Source of the DNA: Candidatus Helarchaeota archaeon
GTDB taxonomy: Archaea > Asgardarchaeota > Lokiarchaeia > Helarchaeales > RDOG01
Assembly: GCA_019058315.1 (NCBI GenBank)
Contig: JAHPZH010000002.1
Coordinates: forward strand, 384,001 to 448,000
DNA: 64,000 nt
Direction: 5' to 3'
The notes beneath the pieces were generated by a model. The model searched no databases, had not been told where the DNA came from, and worked only from the letters and a program-made list of their open reading frames with translations. Positions 20,034 through 28,534 of the stretch are shown here, piece after piece. A program made the translations under genes and the position numbers. How positions within the stretch are numbered: the first letter of the stretch is position 1; every line of letters starts with the position of its first letter.

Positions 20034-20255
20034 ATGGCAAAGAAAGCCAAAGTTATAACGAAAACCGCTCTTAGGCGATTAATGAAAGTAGAAGCAGATG
20101 CAAGCATTGTAAGTGCTGATGCAATCGCAGCATTAATGGATTATCTCCAAGATACTGCAGTCACAATCACAAAGAAAGCACTAGAACTTACTAAACATGC
20201 TAAAAGAAAAACAGTCTCAAAAGAAGACGTAAAAATCGCCCTTCAGAGCTTATAA
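20034..20255 (+). CDS. Archaeal histone (HMf/HMt-like histone fold)
   Basis: ALRRLMK...VSADA...A.ELTKHAKRKTVSKEDVKIA matches the archaeal histone fold (HAxRKTVxxED). Confidence 0.93.
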   Translation: MAKKAKVITKTALRRLMKVEADASIVSADAIAALMDYLQDTAVTITKKALELTKHAKRKTVSKEDVKIALQSL

Positions 20256-20264
20256 ACCTTAATC

Positions 20265-20286
20265 ATTTCCTTTTTTTTTTCTTTCT
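20265..20286 (+). terminator. Oligo-T archaeal terminator after the histone gene
   Basis: T10 run at 20271-20280 within a pyrimidine tract just after the stop codon. Confidence 0.55.
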
Positions 20287-20386
20287 AATTCTATAGAGTT
20301 AAAACTTTTCTGCATTTTAAACCAAAATTTCTTTTTAGTAATATTTTTAACTTAAATTTCAATCTATAATTTCAATCAATTTTAGA

Positions 20387-21670
20387 GTGATATTTTTGCT
20401 TGAAGGATTAGACGACGTTGAATGGGACACTTTAGAGCACGCGTATGGTGAAGCATCCGATGTTCCTGAACAAATTCGAAATTTGGCTTCAAATGATCAA
20501 AAAGTTCGAGATCAAGCTTTATGGGATCTAAATGGAAATATTCTTCACCAAGGTACTCGATATGAGGCATCAGCTTATGCAGTTCCGTTCATATTTGAGA
20601 TATTAAAAGAACCTGGAGCTGGCGATAAAGTAAAACTAATTGAATTTTTGGTGAATTTAGCCCTAGGATATCCCGACTCTTTTTTACCATTCGGTCCAAA
20701 TGTGCAAGGGTGGATAGATGAATATAATTATTGGGTTGAAAGGGCAGAAAAAGAGAGGTTAACCTTTGACGATGAAATGTGGATGACTAACTTAGGGGAT
20801 TTTGTTGAAGTTTATAAGGCAGTACAAAAACAAGTATCTGATTTTTATAGTTTTCTTGATAGTGAAAATGACGATGAACGATTATGGGCCACTTTTACTG
20901 TTGCTTGGTTCCGTGAAGACGCTAAAAGTAGTATACCAAAGGTTCGTAAAGTATTAGATAAAGAGAAATCCGAAAAGAATATAGCAAATGCCATTTTATC
21001 TCTTTCATTGCTAGACTCATATCTTAATGATGTTTCAGATGTTGATTTATTTAAAGAATATTTAGCAGAGGATAATCCTACCCTTGTTAAGACTTCAGCA
21101 GCGATTGCACTTATAAATGTCCTTAAAGAGGGTACAGAAACAAGCGTGTTAAAAAGTTTAGGCGATACATTAATTGAGTTGGCGAAAAAGGATAGTCCTC
21201 CCGGCGATACACATAAGGTAACTGCCTCAGTTGAAAAGGAGGATGGAGAAACTATTAATTTAGGGGTCTATACCTCTGGCGGAAAGGGAGCAGCTTCTGA
21301 ATTTCCTTGGAATGATGGAGATATGGTAGGTTACATATCCAAAATATTGAAAAGTTTTGGAAGAAAAGACCCAGAAAAAATTCTACCTCCATTATGTGAT
21401 GCATTACAATATTTAGATGGTATTCCTGCACTTACAATAACGCAGACTATGTTATGGATAGTGTTTCCAGAACCACCAAAGGGAGATCTTTGGACAACGG
21501 AAGAATTAAATGAAAACCAAAAATTAGTAATACGAGCAATTGCGAATAGTCCTCGTGCTTGGACATACGGTGGACAACCTTTTGGTAATTATCGAATGGA
21601 GATAAGTGGATGGAGACTACCTACTAAATTTGAAGAGTTGAAAAGATTAGCAGGACCTAATAATAAGTAA
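20387..21670 (+). CDS. HEAT-repeat-like protein (true start may be the TTG at 20396)
   Basis: LEGLDDVEWDTLEHAYGEASDVPEQIRNL...ILHQGTRYEASAYAVPF, an N-terminus typical of a widespread bacterial HEAT-repeat family. Confidence 0.7.
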   Translation: MIFLLEGLDDVEWDTLEHAYGEASDVPEQIRNLASNDQKVRDQALWDLNGNILHQGTRYEASAYAVPFIFEILKEPGAGDKVKLIEFLVNLALGYPDSFLPFGPNVQGWIDEYNYWVERAEKERLTFDDEMWMTNLGDFVEVYKAVQKQVSDFYSFLDSENDDERLWATFTVAWFREDAKSSIPKVRKVLDKEKSEKNIANAILSLSLLDSYLNDVSDVDLFKEYLAEDNPTLVKTSAAIALINVLKEGTETSVLKSLGDTLIELAKKDSPPGDTHKVTASVEKEDGETINLGVYTSGGKGAASEFPWNDGDMVGYISKILKSFGRKDPEKILPPLCDALQYLDGIPALTITQTMLWIVFPEPPKGDLWTTEELNENQKLVIRAIANSPRAWTYGGQPFGNYRMEISGWRLPTKFEELKRLAGPNNK

Positions 21671-21693
21671 GTTTTGAGTTTTGGAATTCATCA

Positions 21694-23190
21694 TTATGGA
21701 TTAAACTCTTTTATTTTTTCATTTATTTCGTCTACTCTATTCTTTAATGTTTGTAAATCTCTTAAATTAAATCTAACACTATTTATTCGTTTTTTTATTA
21801 GCTCTAATTCTTCAAGAAGGTTTTTTGTTTTCAGCTTCTTCCAATTCGCAATTACTAATTCTGGTTCACTTCTGTATGTCCAAACGTTATTTGAAAATAT
21901 ATGACCTGCATCAAGATTTAGAATTGTTAATTTTCTCAGGTTTTCGAAATTATTTATTTCTAAAATTTTATTCATTACGAGATATAATTCTTTTAATTTC
22001 GTTAAATTTTCTAGATTCTTAATTTCTGTAATTTGATTATTCTGAAGATTTAATTTTTTTAATTTAGTCAGATTATCTAAATTCTTAATTTCCGTAATTT
22101 GATTTACTTCTAGTATTAATTTTTTTAATTGTGTCAAATTTTCTAAATTCTTAATTTCTTTAATTTGGTTACGACCAAGAAATAATTCTTCAAGTTGTGT
22201 CAGATGTTCTAAATTCTTGATTTCTGAAATTTGATTAGAGTCAAGATATATAGTTTTTAATTTATTTTGGTTTTGCAAATTCTCGATTTCTGAAATTTGA
22301 TTAATTCCAAGAGCTAATAACTGGAGTTGTGTAAGATTTTCTAAATTTTTGATTTTTTTAATTTGATTTGCTTCAATTTTTAATTCTTTTAATTGTTTTA
22401 AATTATCTAAATTCTTAATTTCTGTAATTTTATTTGAATCAATACTTAAAACTTGAAGTTGGGTTAAATTTTCAACATTCTTAATTTCTGTAATTTTATT
22501 TGAATCAAGATTTAAAACTTGAAGTTGTATTAAATTTTCAACATTCTTAATTTCTGTAATTTTATTAATTTGAAGCCATAATTCTTTTAATTTTGATAAC
22601 TTTTCTAAATTCTTTATTTCTGTAATTTTATTATCTTGAAGTATTAATTCTTCTAATTCTGTTAGATTTTCGAGATTCACGATTTCTGTAATTTGATTTA
22701 GACCAAGGTCTAATCGATGAAGTTTGGTTAAATGTCCCAGATTCTTGATTTCATTAATTTGGTTTTCACATAGATCTAATTTCTGAAGTTGAGTAAGATT
22801 TTCGAGATTTTTGATTTCAAAAATTTTATTTACACCAAGATCTAAAACTTTTAGTTGTGTAAGTTTGTCTAAATTCTCGATTTCTGAAATTTTATTTAAA
22901 CCAAGATTAAGTTGTTGAAGTTGCATCAGTTGTTCTAAATTTTTGATTTTCGAAATTTCATTTATTGAAAGATCTAATACTTGGAGTTGCGTTAGATGTT
23001 CCAGATTCTCAATTTCTGAGATGTCATTTCTACTTAGATCTAATACTTGAAGTTGTTTCAGATTCTCTAGATTTTTGATTTTGGTAATATTTTGGATTTG
23101 TAGATCAATAAGTTTCAGAGTTTTTAATCCATTTATTTTTTTAACCTGAAAATTTTTTCCTTTATATCGCACAGACATATTAATTGACAT
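21694..23190 (-). CDS. SDS22-type LRR protein with C-terminal coiled coil
   Basis: About 18 repeats of LxxLxLxxNxIxEIKNLENL. Confidence 0.95.
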   Translation of the reverse strand: MSINMSVRYKGKNFQVKKINGLKTLKLIDLQIQNITKIKNLENLKQLQVLDLSRNDISEIENLEHLTQLQVLDLSINEISKIKNLEQLMQLQQLNLGLNKISEIENLDKLTQLKVLDLGVNKIFEIKNLENLTQLQKLDLCENQINEIKNLGHLTKLHRLDLGLNQITEIVNLENLTELEELILQDNKITEIKNLEKLSKLKELWLQINKITEIKNVENLIQLQVLNLDSNKITEIKNVENLTQLQVLSIDSNKITEIKNLDNLKQLKELKIEANQIKKIKNLENLTQLQLLALGINQISEIENLQNQNKLKTIYLDSNQISEIKNLEHLTQLEELFLGRNQIKEIKNLENLTQLKKLILEVNQITEIKNLDNLTKLKKLNLQNNQITEIKNLENLTKLKELYLVMNKILEINNFENLRKLTILNLDAGHIFSNNVWTYRSEPELVIANWKKLKTKNLLEELELIKKRINSVRFNLRDLQTLKNRVDEINEKIKEFNP

Positions 23191-23221
23191 ATTTTAACCA
23201 ATTTTCACTTTGATCTTGAAA

Positions 23222-24379
23222 TTACATTTCAAGGGATTTTATTTTGTCATTTATTTCCTGAACTTTCGCTTTTAATTTCTCTAAATCTTCTAATTTAATT
23301 CCTGGCATATTCATTTGTGTTTTTATTGACTCTAATTTTTCAACGAGTTCAGCTACTTTAAGATTATTACAATGCTCGATTACTGCTTTTACTCCTTCTT
23401 CATATATTTTTTTATCATTATCTAATAAATAAGATGAAGTTAGAAATAAGGTTTGAAGTTTTGTTAGATTTACTAAATTCTTAATTTCTAAAATCTGATT
23501 TTCATTTAGATTTAATATATAAAGTTCTGTTAGATTATCTAAATTCTTAATTTCTGAGATTTGATTGAACTCAAGAGATAATCTTTCTAATTTAGTCAAA
23601 TTAGCTAAATTCTTCATTTCCGAAATTTGATTATGTCCTAATTCTAAATTTTGCAGTCGTGTTAAATTGTTTAAATTCTTTATTTCTGAGATTTGATTAT
23701 GTCCTAATTCTAAAAATTGCAGTCTTGTTAAATTATCTAAATTCTTAATTTCTGAAATTTGATTATGTCCTAATTCTAAATTTTGTAGTTGTGTTAAAGT
23801 ATCTAAATTCTTAATTTCTGAAATTTGATTATGTCCCAATTCTAAAAATTGTAATCGTGTTAAATTGTCTAAATTCTTAATTTCTGAAATTTGATTTTTG
23901 TCAAGATCTAACCTTTGGAGTTGTATAAGATTATCTAAATTTTTAATCTCTGAAATTTGATTTTCTTGAAGCCATAATTCTTCTAATTTTTTTAGATTAT
24001 CTAAATTACCTATTTCTGAAATCTGATTAGTATTGAGCATTAATATTTGGAGTTGTGGTAGATTATCCAGATTTTTTATTCTCGAAATTTGATTATTACC
24101 AAGATATAAAACTTCTAACTGTGTTAAATTTTCTAAATTCTTGATTTCTGTAATCTGATTTCCACTAAGCTCTAATTTTTTTAGTTTTCTTAGGTTTTCT
24201 AGATTCTCGATTTCTGAAATTTCATTTATTGAAAGATCTAATACTTGGAGTTCTGTTAGATTTTCTAAATTTTTAATTTCTGTAATATCTTGGATTTGTA
24301 AATCAGAAAGATCTAGAATTTTTAACCCATTACTTAAAATTTCAACAGGGTAAGTATTTCCTTCATATTCCACCGACAT
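23222..24379 (-). CDS. SDS22-type LRR protein (tandem paralog of 21694..23190)
   Basis: Same repeat consensus; homologous N-terminus (MSVxYxG...NGLKxLxLxDLQIQ) and C-terminal coil (LEDLEKLKAKVQEINDKIK). Confidence 0.95.
   Translation of the reverse strand: MSVEYEGNTYPVEILSNGLKILDLSDLQIQDITEIKNLENLTELQVLDLSINEISEIENLENLRKLKKLELSGNQITEIKNLENLTQLEVLYLGNNQISRIKNLDNLPQLQILMLNTNQISEIGNLDNLKKLEELWLQENQISEIKNLDNLIQLQRLDLDKNQISEIKNLDNLTRLQFLELGHNQISEIKNLDTLTQLQNLELGHNQISEIKNLDNLTRLQFLELGHNQISEIKNLNNLTRLQNLELGHNQISEMKNLANLTKLERLSLEFNQISEIKNLDNLTELYILNLNENQILEIKNLVNLTKLQTLFLTSSYLLDNDKKIYEEGVKAVIEHCNNLKVAELVEKLESIKTQMNMPGIKLEDLEKLKAKVQEINDKIKSLEM
23590..23900 (-). repeat. Near-identical 66-nt tandem units inside the LRR gene
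   Basis: Four consecutive LELGHNQISE repeats, alternating QFLELG/QNLELG, with the DNA unit ...atttgattatgtcc(t/c)aattctaaa... Confidence 0.85.
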
Positions 24380-24696
24380 ATTCTTTCGACTATCTTCACT
24401 TTGAGATAAAAAAATTTATGATTTATTAGTAAATGTTTGTGAAATTAACTCTTGGGATGGTTTAAAAATCGTTATGTTTCTATCCCAAATAAACTAAATT
24501 TCCTTTAAATTGCGTTTCAAATAATATGGGGAATAAATTCAGTTTACTTTTTGAATTCTGCAGAGAAATCATATAAAATTACACCTTTTTGTTTTATATC
24601 AAGAAGTGTTTATATTCCCCTTACCTTATTAAAATTTATATGTAAGAAAAAGAATGAATTAATATCTCCTTTTTTTTAATTTTAAGAAGGGATATT

Positions 24697-26574
24697 ATGA
24701 GAACCAAAAAAAAAATTATATTAGTTACACAGATTTTTCTTATTTTGACATTATACCTTGTTATTAACACTTCTAAATTTGATATTACTGCTATTTCCTT
24801 GTCTTCAGTCAACGATAAAAGCTTTACCTTAAATACTACTGCAAGCTGGTCCAATGCGACTGCGATTTCAGATGTTTACGGGTGGAACGATGATGGTAGT
24901 GTATATCCAAGCGTCGCTGTGGACAGTAGCGGCAACCTGCACGTGGTCTGGCAAGATTGGACGGACGGTGAGTGGGGATCTGATATAGAAATATTTTACG
25001 TAAACTATACCGCTTCTGGCTGGTCCAACGCCACCGCGATTTCGGACCTTTACGGGTGGAACAATGGTGATAGTTATGATCCAAGCGTCGCCGTGGATGG
25101 TGACGGAAATGTGCATGTGGTCTGGTATGATGACACCAATGGTGAGTGGGGAACTGATCAAGAAATAATGTATGCCAATTACACTGGGTCGGGTTGGTCC
25201 AACGCCACCGCTATTTCCGACCTTTACGGGTGGAACAATGGTGATAGTTATGATCCAAGCGTCGCCGTGGACGGTAACGGTAATGTACACGTGGTTTGGC
25301 ACGATGCTACTAATGGTGAGTGGGGAACTGATCTTGAAATAATGTACACAAACTACACCGCTTCTGGCTGGTCCAACGCCACCGCGATTTCGGACCTTTA
25401 CGGGTGGAACAATGGTGAAAGTTATTGGCCAAGCGTCACCGTGGACGGTAGCGGCAATGTACATGTGGTCTGGAACGATTACACGGCCGGTGGGTGGGGT
25501 GGTGGTGGAAGCGACCCTGAAATATTTTACACAAACTACACCGCTTCTGGCTGGTCCAACGCGACCGCGATTTCGGACCTTTACGGGTGGAACAATGGTG
25601 AAAGTTATAGGCCAAGCGTCGCCGCGGACGGTAGCGGAAACGTACACGTGGTCTGGGAAGATGACACGGACGGTGCGTGGGGAACTGATATAGAAATATT
25701 TTACACAAAATACACCGCTTCTGGTTGGTCCAACCCTATTGCGATTTCCGACCTCTACGGGTGGAACAATGGTGAAAGTTATAGGCCAAGTGTCGCCGCG
25801 GACGGTAGCGGAAACGTGTACGTGGTCTGGCAAGACTTAACCAGTGGTGCGTGGGGAACTGATGATGAAATAATGTATGCAAACTACACTGCAGCGGGTT
25901 GGTCCGATGCCACCGTGATTTCAGACCTTTACGGGTGGAATAATGATTTTAGCGGCGGACCAAGTATCGCAGTGGACGGCACCGGTAATTTACACGTGGT
26001 TTGGCACGATGACACGGACGGTGAGTGGGGAACTGATTATGAAATAATGTACACAATATTAACTGAAAAACCTTCTTCAAGCAACCCGTCTGATATTTTT
26101 ATGTTAACCATGGGTTCAGATACTATTGATTGGGTAATTTGGGATGAATCTGGCATAGGAAAATATCGGGTTTCCGTGTATGATATTATCAACAAAAGTT
26201 ATTATTTATGGGTAAATTGGACTGTATGGACGAATAATACAAATTTAAAAGTCCCTATTAATCGAAGTGTAGAAGGAATATTCAATTATACAATTGAATA
26301 TTATGATTTTTATCATCAATTCGGCATTTCAGACTCAGTTATTGTAACAATAACCGAGTATATTCCCTCTAAAGATGAGCCAATTATAATCGCACCACAA
26401 GGCAGTGGAGATATTTCCAACTTCTTATTATCGCCATTGGGTCTTGGAATTATAGCTGGCGTTGGGGCGATGTTTCTAATATTGGTAGCAGTCGTAATTA
26501 AACTCAATAATACTGTTAAAGAACTTAAAAAAAGTAGTAAATTTTCGACTTCTAAAAAATCAAACGAGAAATAA
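24697..26574 (+). CDS. Membrane-anchored extracellular 7-bladed beta-propeller protein with a following Ig-like/beta domain
   Basis: Signal segment; 7 repeats of WSNATAISDLYGWNNGxSYxPSVAVDGxGNVHVVWxDxTxGEWGTDxEIMY; C-terminal TM and basic tail. Confidence 0.87.
   Translation: MRTKKKIILVTQIFLILTLYLVINTSKFDITAISLSSVNDKSFTLNTTASWSNATAISDVYGWNDDGSVYPSVAVDSSGNLHVVWQDWTDGEWGSDIEIFYVNYTASGWSNATAISDLYGWNNGDSYDPSVAVDGDGNVHVVWYDDTNGEWGTDQEIMYANYTGSGWSNATAISDLYGWNNGDSYDPSVAVDGNGNVHVVWHDATNGEWGTDLEIMYTNYTASGWSNATAISDLYGWNNGESYWPSVTVDGSGNVHVVWNDYTAGGWGGGGSDPEIFYTNYTASGWSNATAISDLYGWNNGESYRPSVAADGSGNVHVVWEDDTDGAWGTDIEIFYTKYTASGWSNPIAISDLYGWNNGESYRPSVAADGSGNVYVVWQDLTSGAWGTDDEIMYANYTAAGWSDATVISDLYGWNNDFSGGPSIAVDGTGNLHVVWHDDTDGEWGTDYEIMYTILTEKPSSSNPSDIFMLTMGSDTIDWVIWDESGIGKYRVSVYDIINKSYYLWVNWTVWTNNTNLKVPINRSVEGIFNYTIEYYDFYHQFGISDSVIVTITEYIPSKDEPIIIAPQGSGDISNFLLSPLGLGIIAGVGAMFLILVAVVIKLNNTVKELKKSSKFSTSKKSNEK
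24845..26055 (+). repeat. Seven GC-rich ~174-nt tandem repeats encoding propeller blades
   Basis: Recurring DNA tggtccaacgccaccgcgatttcggacctttacgggtggaacaatggtga...ccaagcgtcgccgtggacgg. Confidence 0.9.
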
Positions 26575-26831
26575 AAATAATATAACAGATTTTTAAGATA
26601 AGTTAAATTATTATGTAATTTTATAGTTTTTAGACTTTTTTATTTCTTTAGAATAATAATATTTATACGCTCTGCCATTCACTATTTCTATTTATTATAT
26701 CTATAAGAATTTATACGAAAATAATGTAAAAGATACTGAATGAAATAGAGTCTAGAATCTATAGTGTATAATAAGTAAATTTCATTAATTTATTCATTGA
26801 CCAAAGCCTAATAAAAGTGAGATAGGTATAA

Positions 26832-28286
26832 ATGAGTAAAGTAAAATGGGAAACCGAATTAAAAAGAGAACAAATTGAAAAGACTTGTATCAGAATAACC
26901 AGAAATTTGGTTGGGGAAGAAAAGAAAAGAGAATATGATGCATGTATCAATAAATTGAACTCAATCCTAGACAAAAACAGAATTAATGAAGAATTCGAAA
27001 ATCTAAAGCAAGAAGATTATGAAACTAGTTGTCTATCTATAATAGACCAATTGAATGTTAAAAATCCTAATAAATTGAAAAATAATTGTATAAATAAATT
27101 TAAAATTCAAATTAGTGACCCTATTTGGATAGAAAAAATGACTGAATATAAAAAAACTTTTCTATTTAATGAATTAAATGAATTAAATACTATGGTTGAT
27201 TTAGAAAAATATGAACATCAAAATAAGCTATTTATGAAGCAAATATTAGCTAGTGATGTAAAGAAAAACTTACAAATTTACTTTAAAGATATTAAATTGA
27301 AGGATGATCCTGATTTTTTAACGAGAAAAAAATCCATTTCATATAAACTAAATAAAGAATATTTATCAGAAAATATAGAGAAACAAGAAAAACTGAGACT
27401 TTTAGCAACTTATTTATTAACTGATGGGAGTCTATACAAGGATGGCAACAACTACAAATTAGATTTCACTAATAAATCTATTATTCTTATTGAAAAATTC
27501 ATGGATATACTAAAAGAATTTATACCTAATGCGCATTTCAATTTTACAAAACATAAGGTCCCAACAGGAATTAGTTATCAAGTCAAAGTTCCTTCTAATG
27601 AACTAGCTGAGTTATTATTTGAAATTTCACCATCCTACAAGACAAAACCCTATAAAAACCTTTCAGAATGTGAAAATGAATATAAAAAAGAACTTTGTGT
27701 AAAATGGAAGGTGAAAGACAAACAAATGGGATATAAAGAGAAATATTTCGCACCTGCAACTTACCGAAATATAATGGATAAAGTATCTGTTACAGATATT
27801 CTCAGAATAATTTTTGATAATGAAGGTAGTGTTGGTTTAAGCATTCGAAAAGATGGAAGAACAGATAAAAAATTGTCAGTTACTTGTCTACATCCTGGTT
27901 TAGCTGAAGAAATAAGACAAATGTTAATTGCAGTAGGAATTCACACAAATCCAATTCCTGAAAATTATAAAGGAGATTTTGAAATTTTATCTGAATATTA
28001 TGAAACTTTTCGTGATAAAATAGGATTTACTAGAGGAGTAACAAAAGAAAAGGGAAAATATTTAATTGGAAAAAATAAATCTGATATTTTAGATATTTTT
28101 ATTCTAATTTCTTGTATGCAAAAGGATAAGGGACTAATTTTAAAAAATATACCGAATTTAGAAAAAAAACTGGAGTCTATAGTAACCGAATATGAAGAAG
28201 GTGTAAACCAAGGTATTTCTAAAAACTTGTTATTAAAAAAGATTTCAGAAAAGTTAACTATTTTTCAAGATAATCGTAATAAATAG
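26832..28286 (+). CDS. Free-standing double-motif LAGLIDADG endonuclease-like protein
   Basis: Motif 1 LLATYLLTDGSLY followed by LDFTNKS; motif 2 ILRIIFDNEGSVG; later FRDKIGF; no intein splice-junction motifs or host gene. Confidence 0.78.
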   Translation: MSKVKWETELKREQIEKTCIRITRNLVGEEKKREYDACINKLNSILDKNRINEEFENLKQEDYETSCLSIIDQLNVKNPNKLKNNCINKFKIQISDPIWIEKMTEYKKTFLFNELNELNTMVDLEKYEHQNKLFMKQILASDVKKNLQIYFKDIKLKDDPDFLTRKKSISYKLNKEYLSENIEKQEKLRLLATYLLTDGSLYKDGNNYKLDFTNKSIILIEKFMDILKEFIPNAHFNFTKHKVPTGISYQVKVPSNELAELLFEISPSYKTKPYKNLSECENEYKKELCVKWKVKDKQMGYKEKYFAPATYRNIMDKVSVTDILRIIFDNEGSVGLSIRKDGRTDKKLSVTCLHPGLAEEIRQMLIAVGIHTNPIPENYKGDFEILSEYYETFRDKIGFTRGVTKEKGKYLIGKNKSDILDIFILISCMQKDKGLILKNIPNLEKKLESIVTEYEEGVNQGISKNLLLKKISEKLTIFQDNRNK

Positions 28287-28294
28287 AAAAAGAG

Positions 28295-28477
28295 TGGGAC
28301 CGCCGGGCTTCGATCCCGGGACTTTACCCATGAGAGACGTTTATTCTCTCATTTCTGGCTTTCTCCGAGGAGAATTGTAAAGAGAGTGGTCAAGCTCTGA
28401 AATACAATTGTAAATCTTATAAGGCCAGCACTCTTTTTGGGAAGTTTTAGACTCTAACCAAGCTGAGTCACGGTCCC
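28295..28477 (-). tRNA. tRNA-Ile(UAU) with three introns (20a/21: 28435-28455; 37/38: 28361-28417; 44/45: 28324-28353)
   Basis: Removing three BHB-like introns gives a 75-nt cloverleaf: GGGACCG UG ACUC AGCUUGGUUA GAGU G CUGGC CUUAUAA GCCAG AAGUC CCGGG AUCGAAG CCCGG CGGUCCC A, with all four stems fully paired. Confidence 0.85.
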
Positions 28478-28534
28478 ATTAATTGTAGGTATCCATTGAT
28501 ATTATTGCAAATAATTAATGACTTTTATCTTTTT

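Noticed and set aside
24868-25833. 321-aa antisense ORF and other overlapping ORFs in the propeller gene
   Set aside because: By-product of GC-rich tandem repeats with few stop codons on the opposite strand; no independent coding signal
23590-26055. Tandem DNA repeats as a possible CRISPR array or DGR template/variable repeats
   Set aside because: Units are in-frame multiples of 3 encoding LRR or propeller repeats with no unique spacers; no cas or reverse transcriptase gene in the window and no obvious adenine-only variation
26832-28286. LAGLIDADG ORF as an intein or group I/BHB intron ORF
   Set aside because: No Hint-domain or terminal C.../HN motifs, no interrupted host gene, and it lies outside and opposite to the tRNA
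3000-28295. Integrated element bounded by the tRNA 3' end
   Set aside because: No duplicated tRNA 3' sequence (att site) noticed and no integrase or transposase in the window; the region includes a histone gene
28324-28353. Reading the ATGAGAGA/TCTCTCAT hairpin as a long variable arm (tRNA-Ser/Leu/Sec)
   Set aside because: It leaves too many unpaired bases before the T-stem; BHB-type removal yields a standard 5-nt AAGUC variable loop and an A73 discriminator consistent with Ile
28361-28417. C/D-box guide RNA inside the 57-nt anticodon intron
   Set aside because: It forms a hairpin (AATTGTA/TACAATT, AGAG/CTCT) but has no RUGAUGA or CUGA boxes
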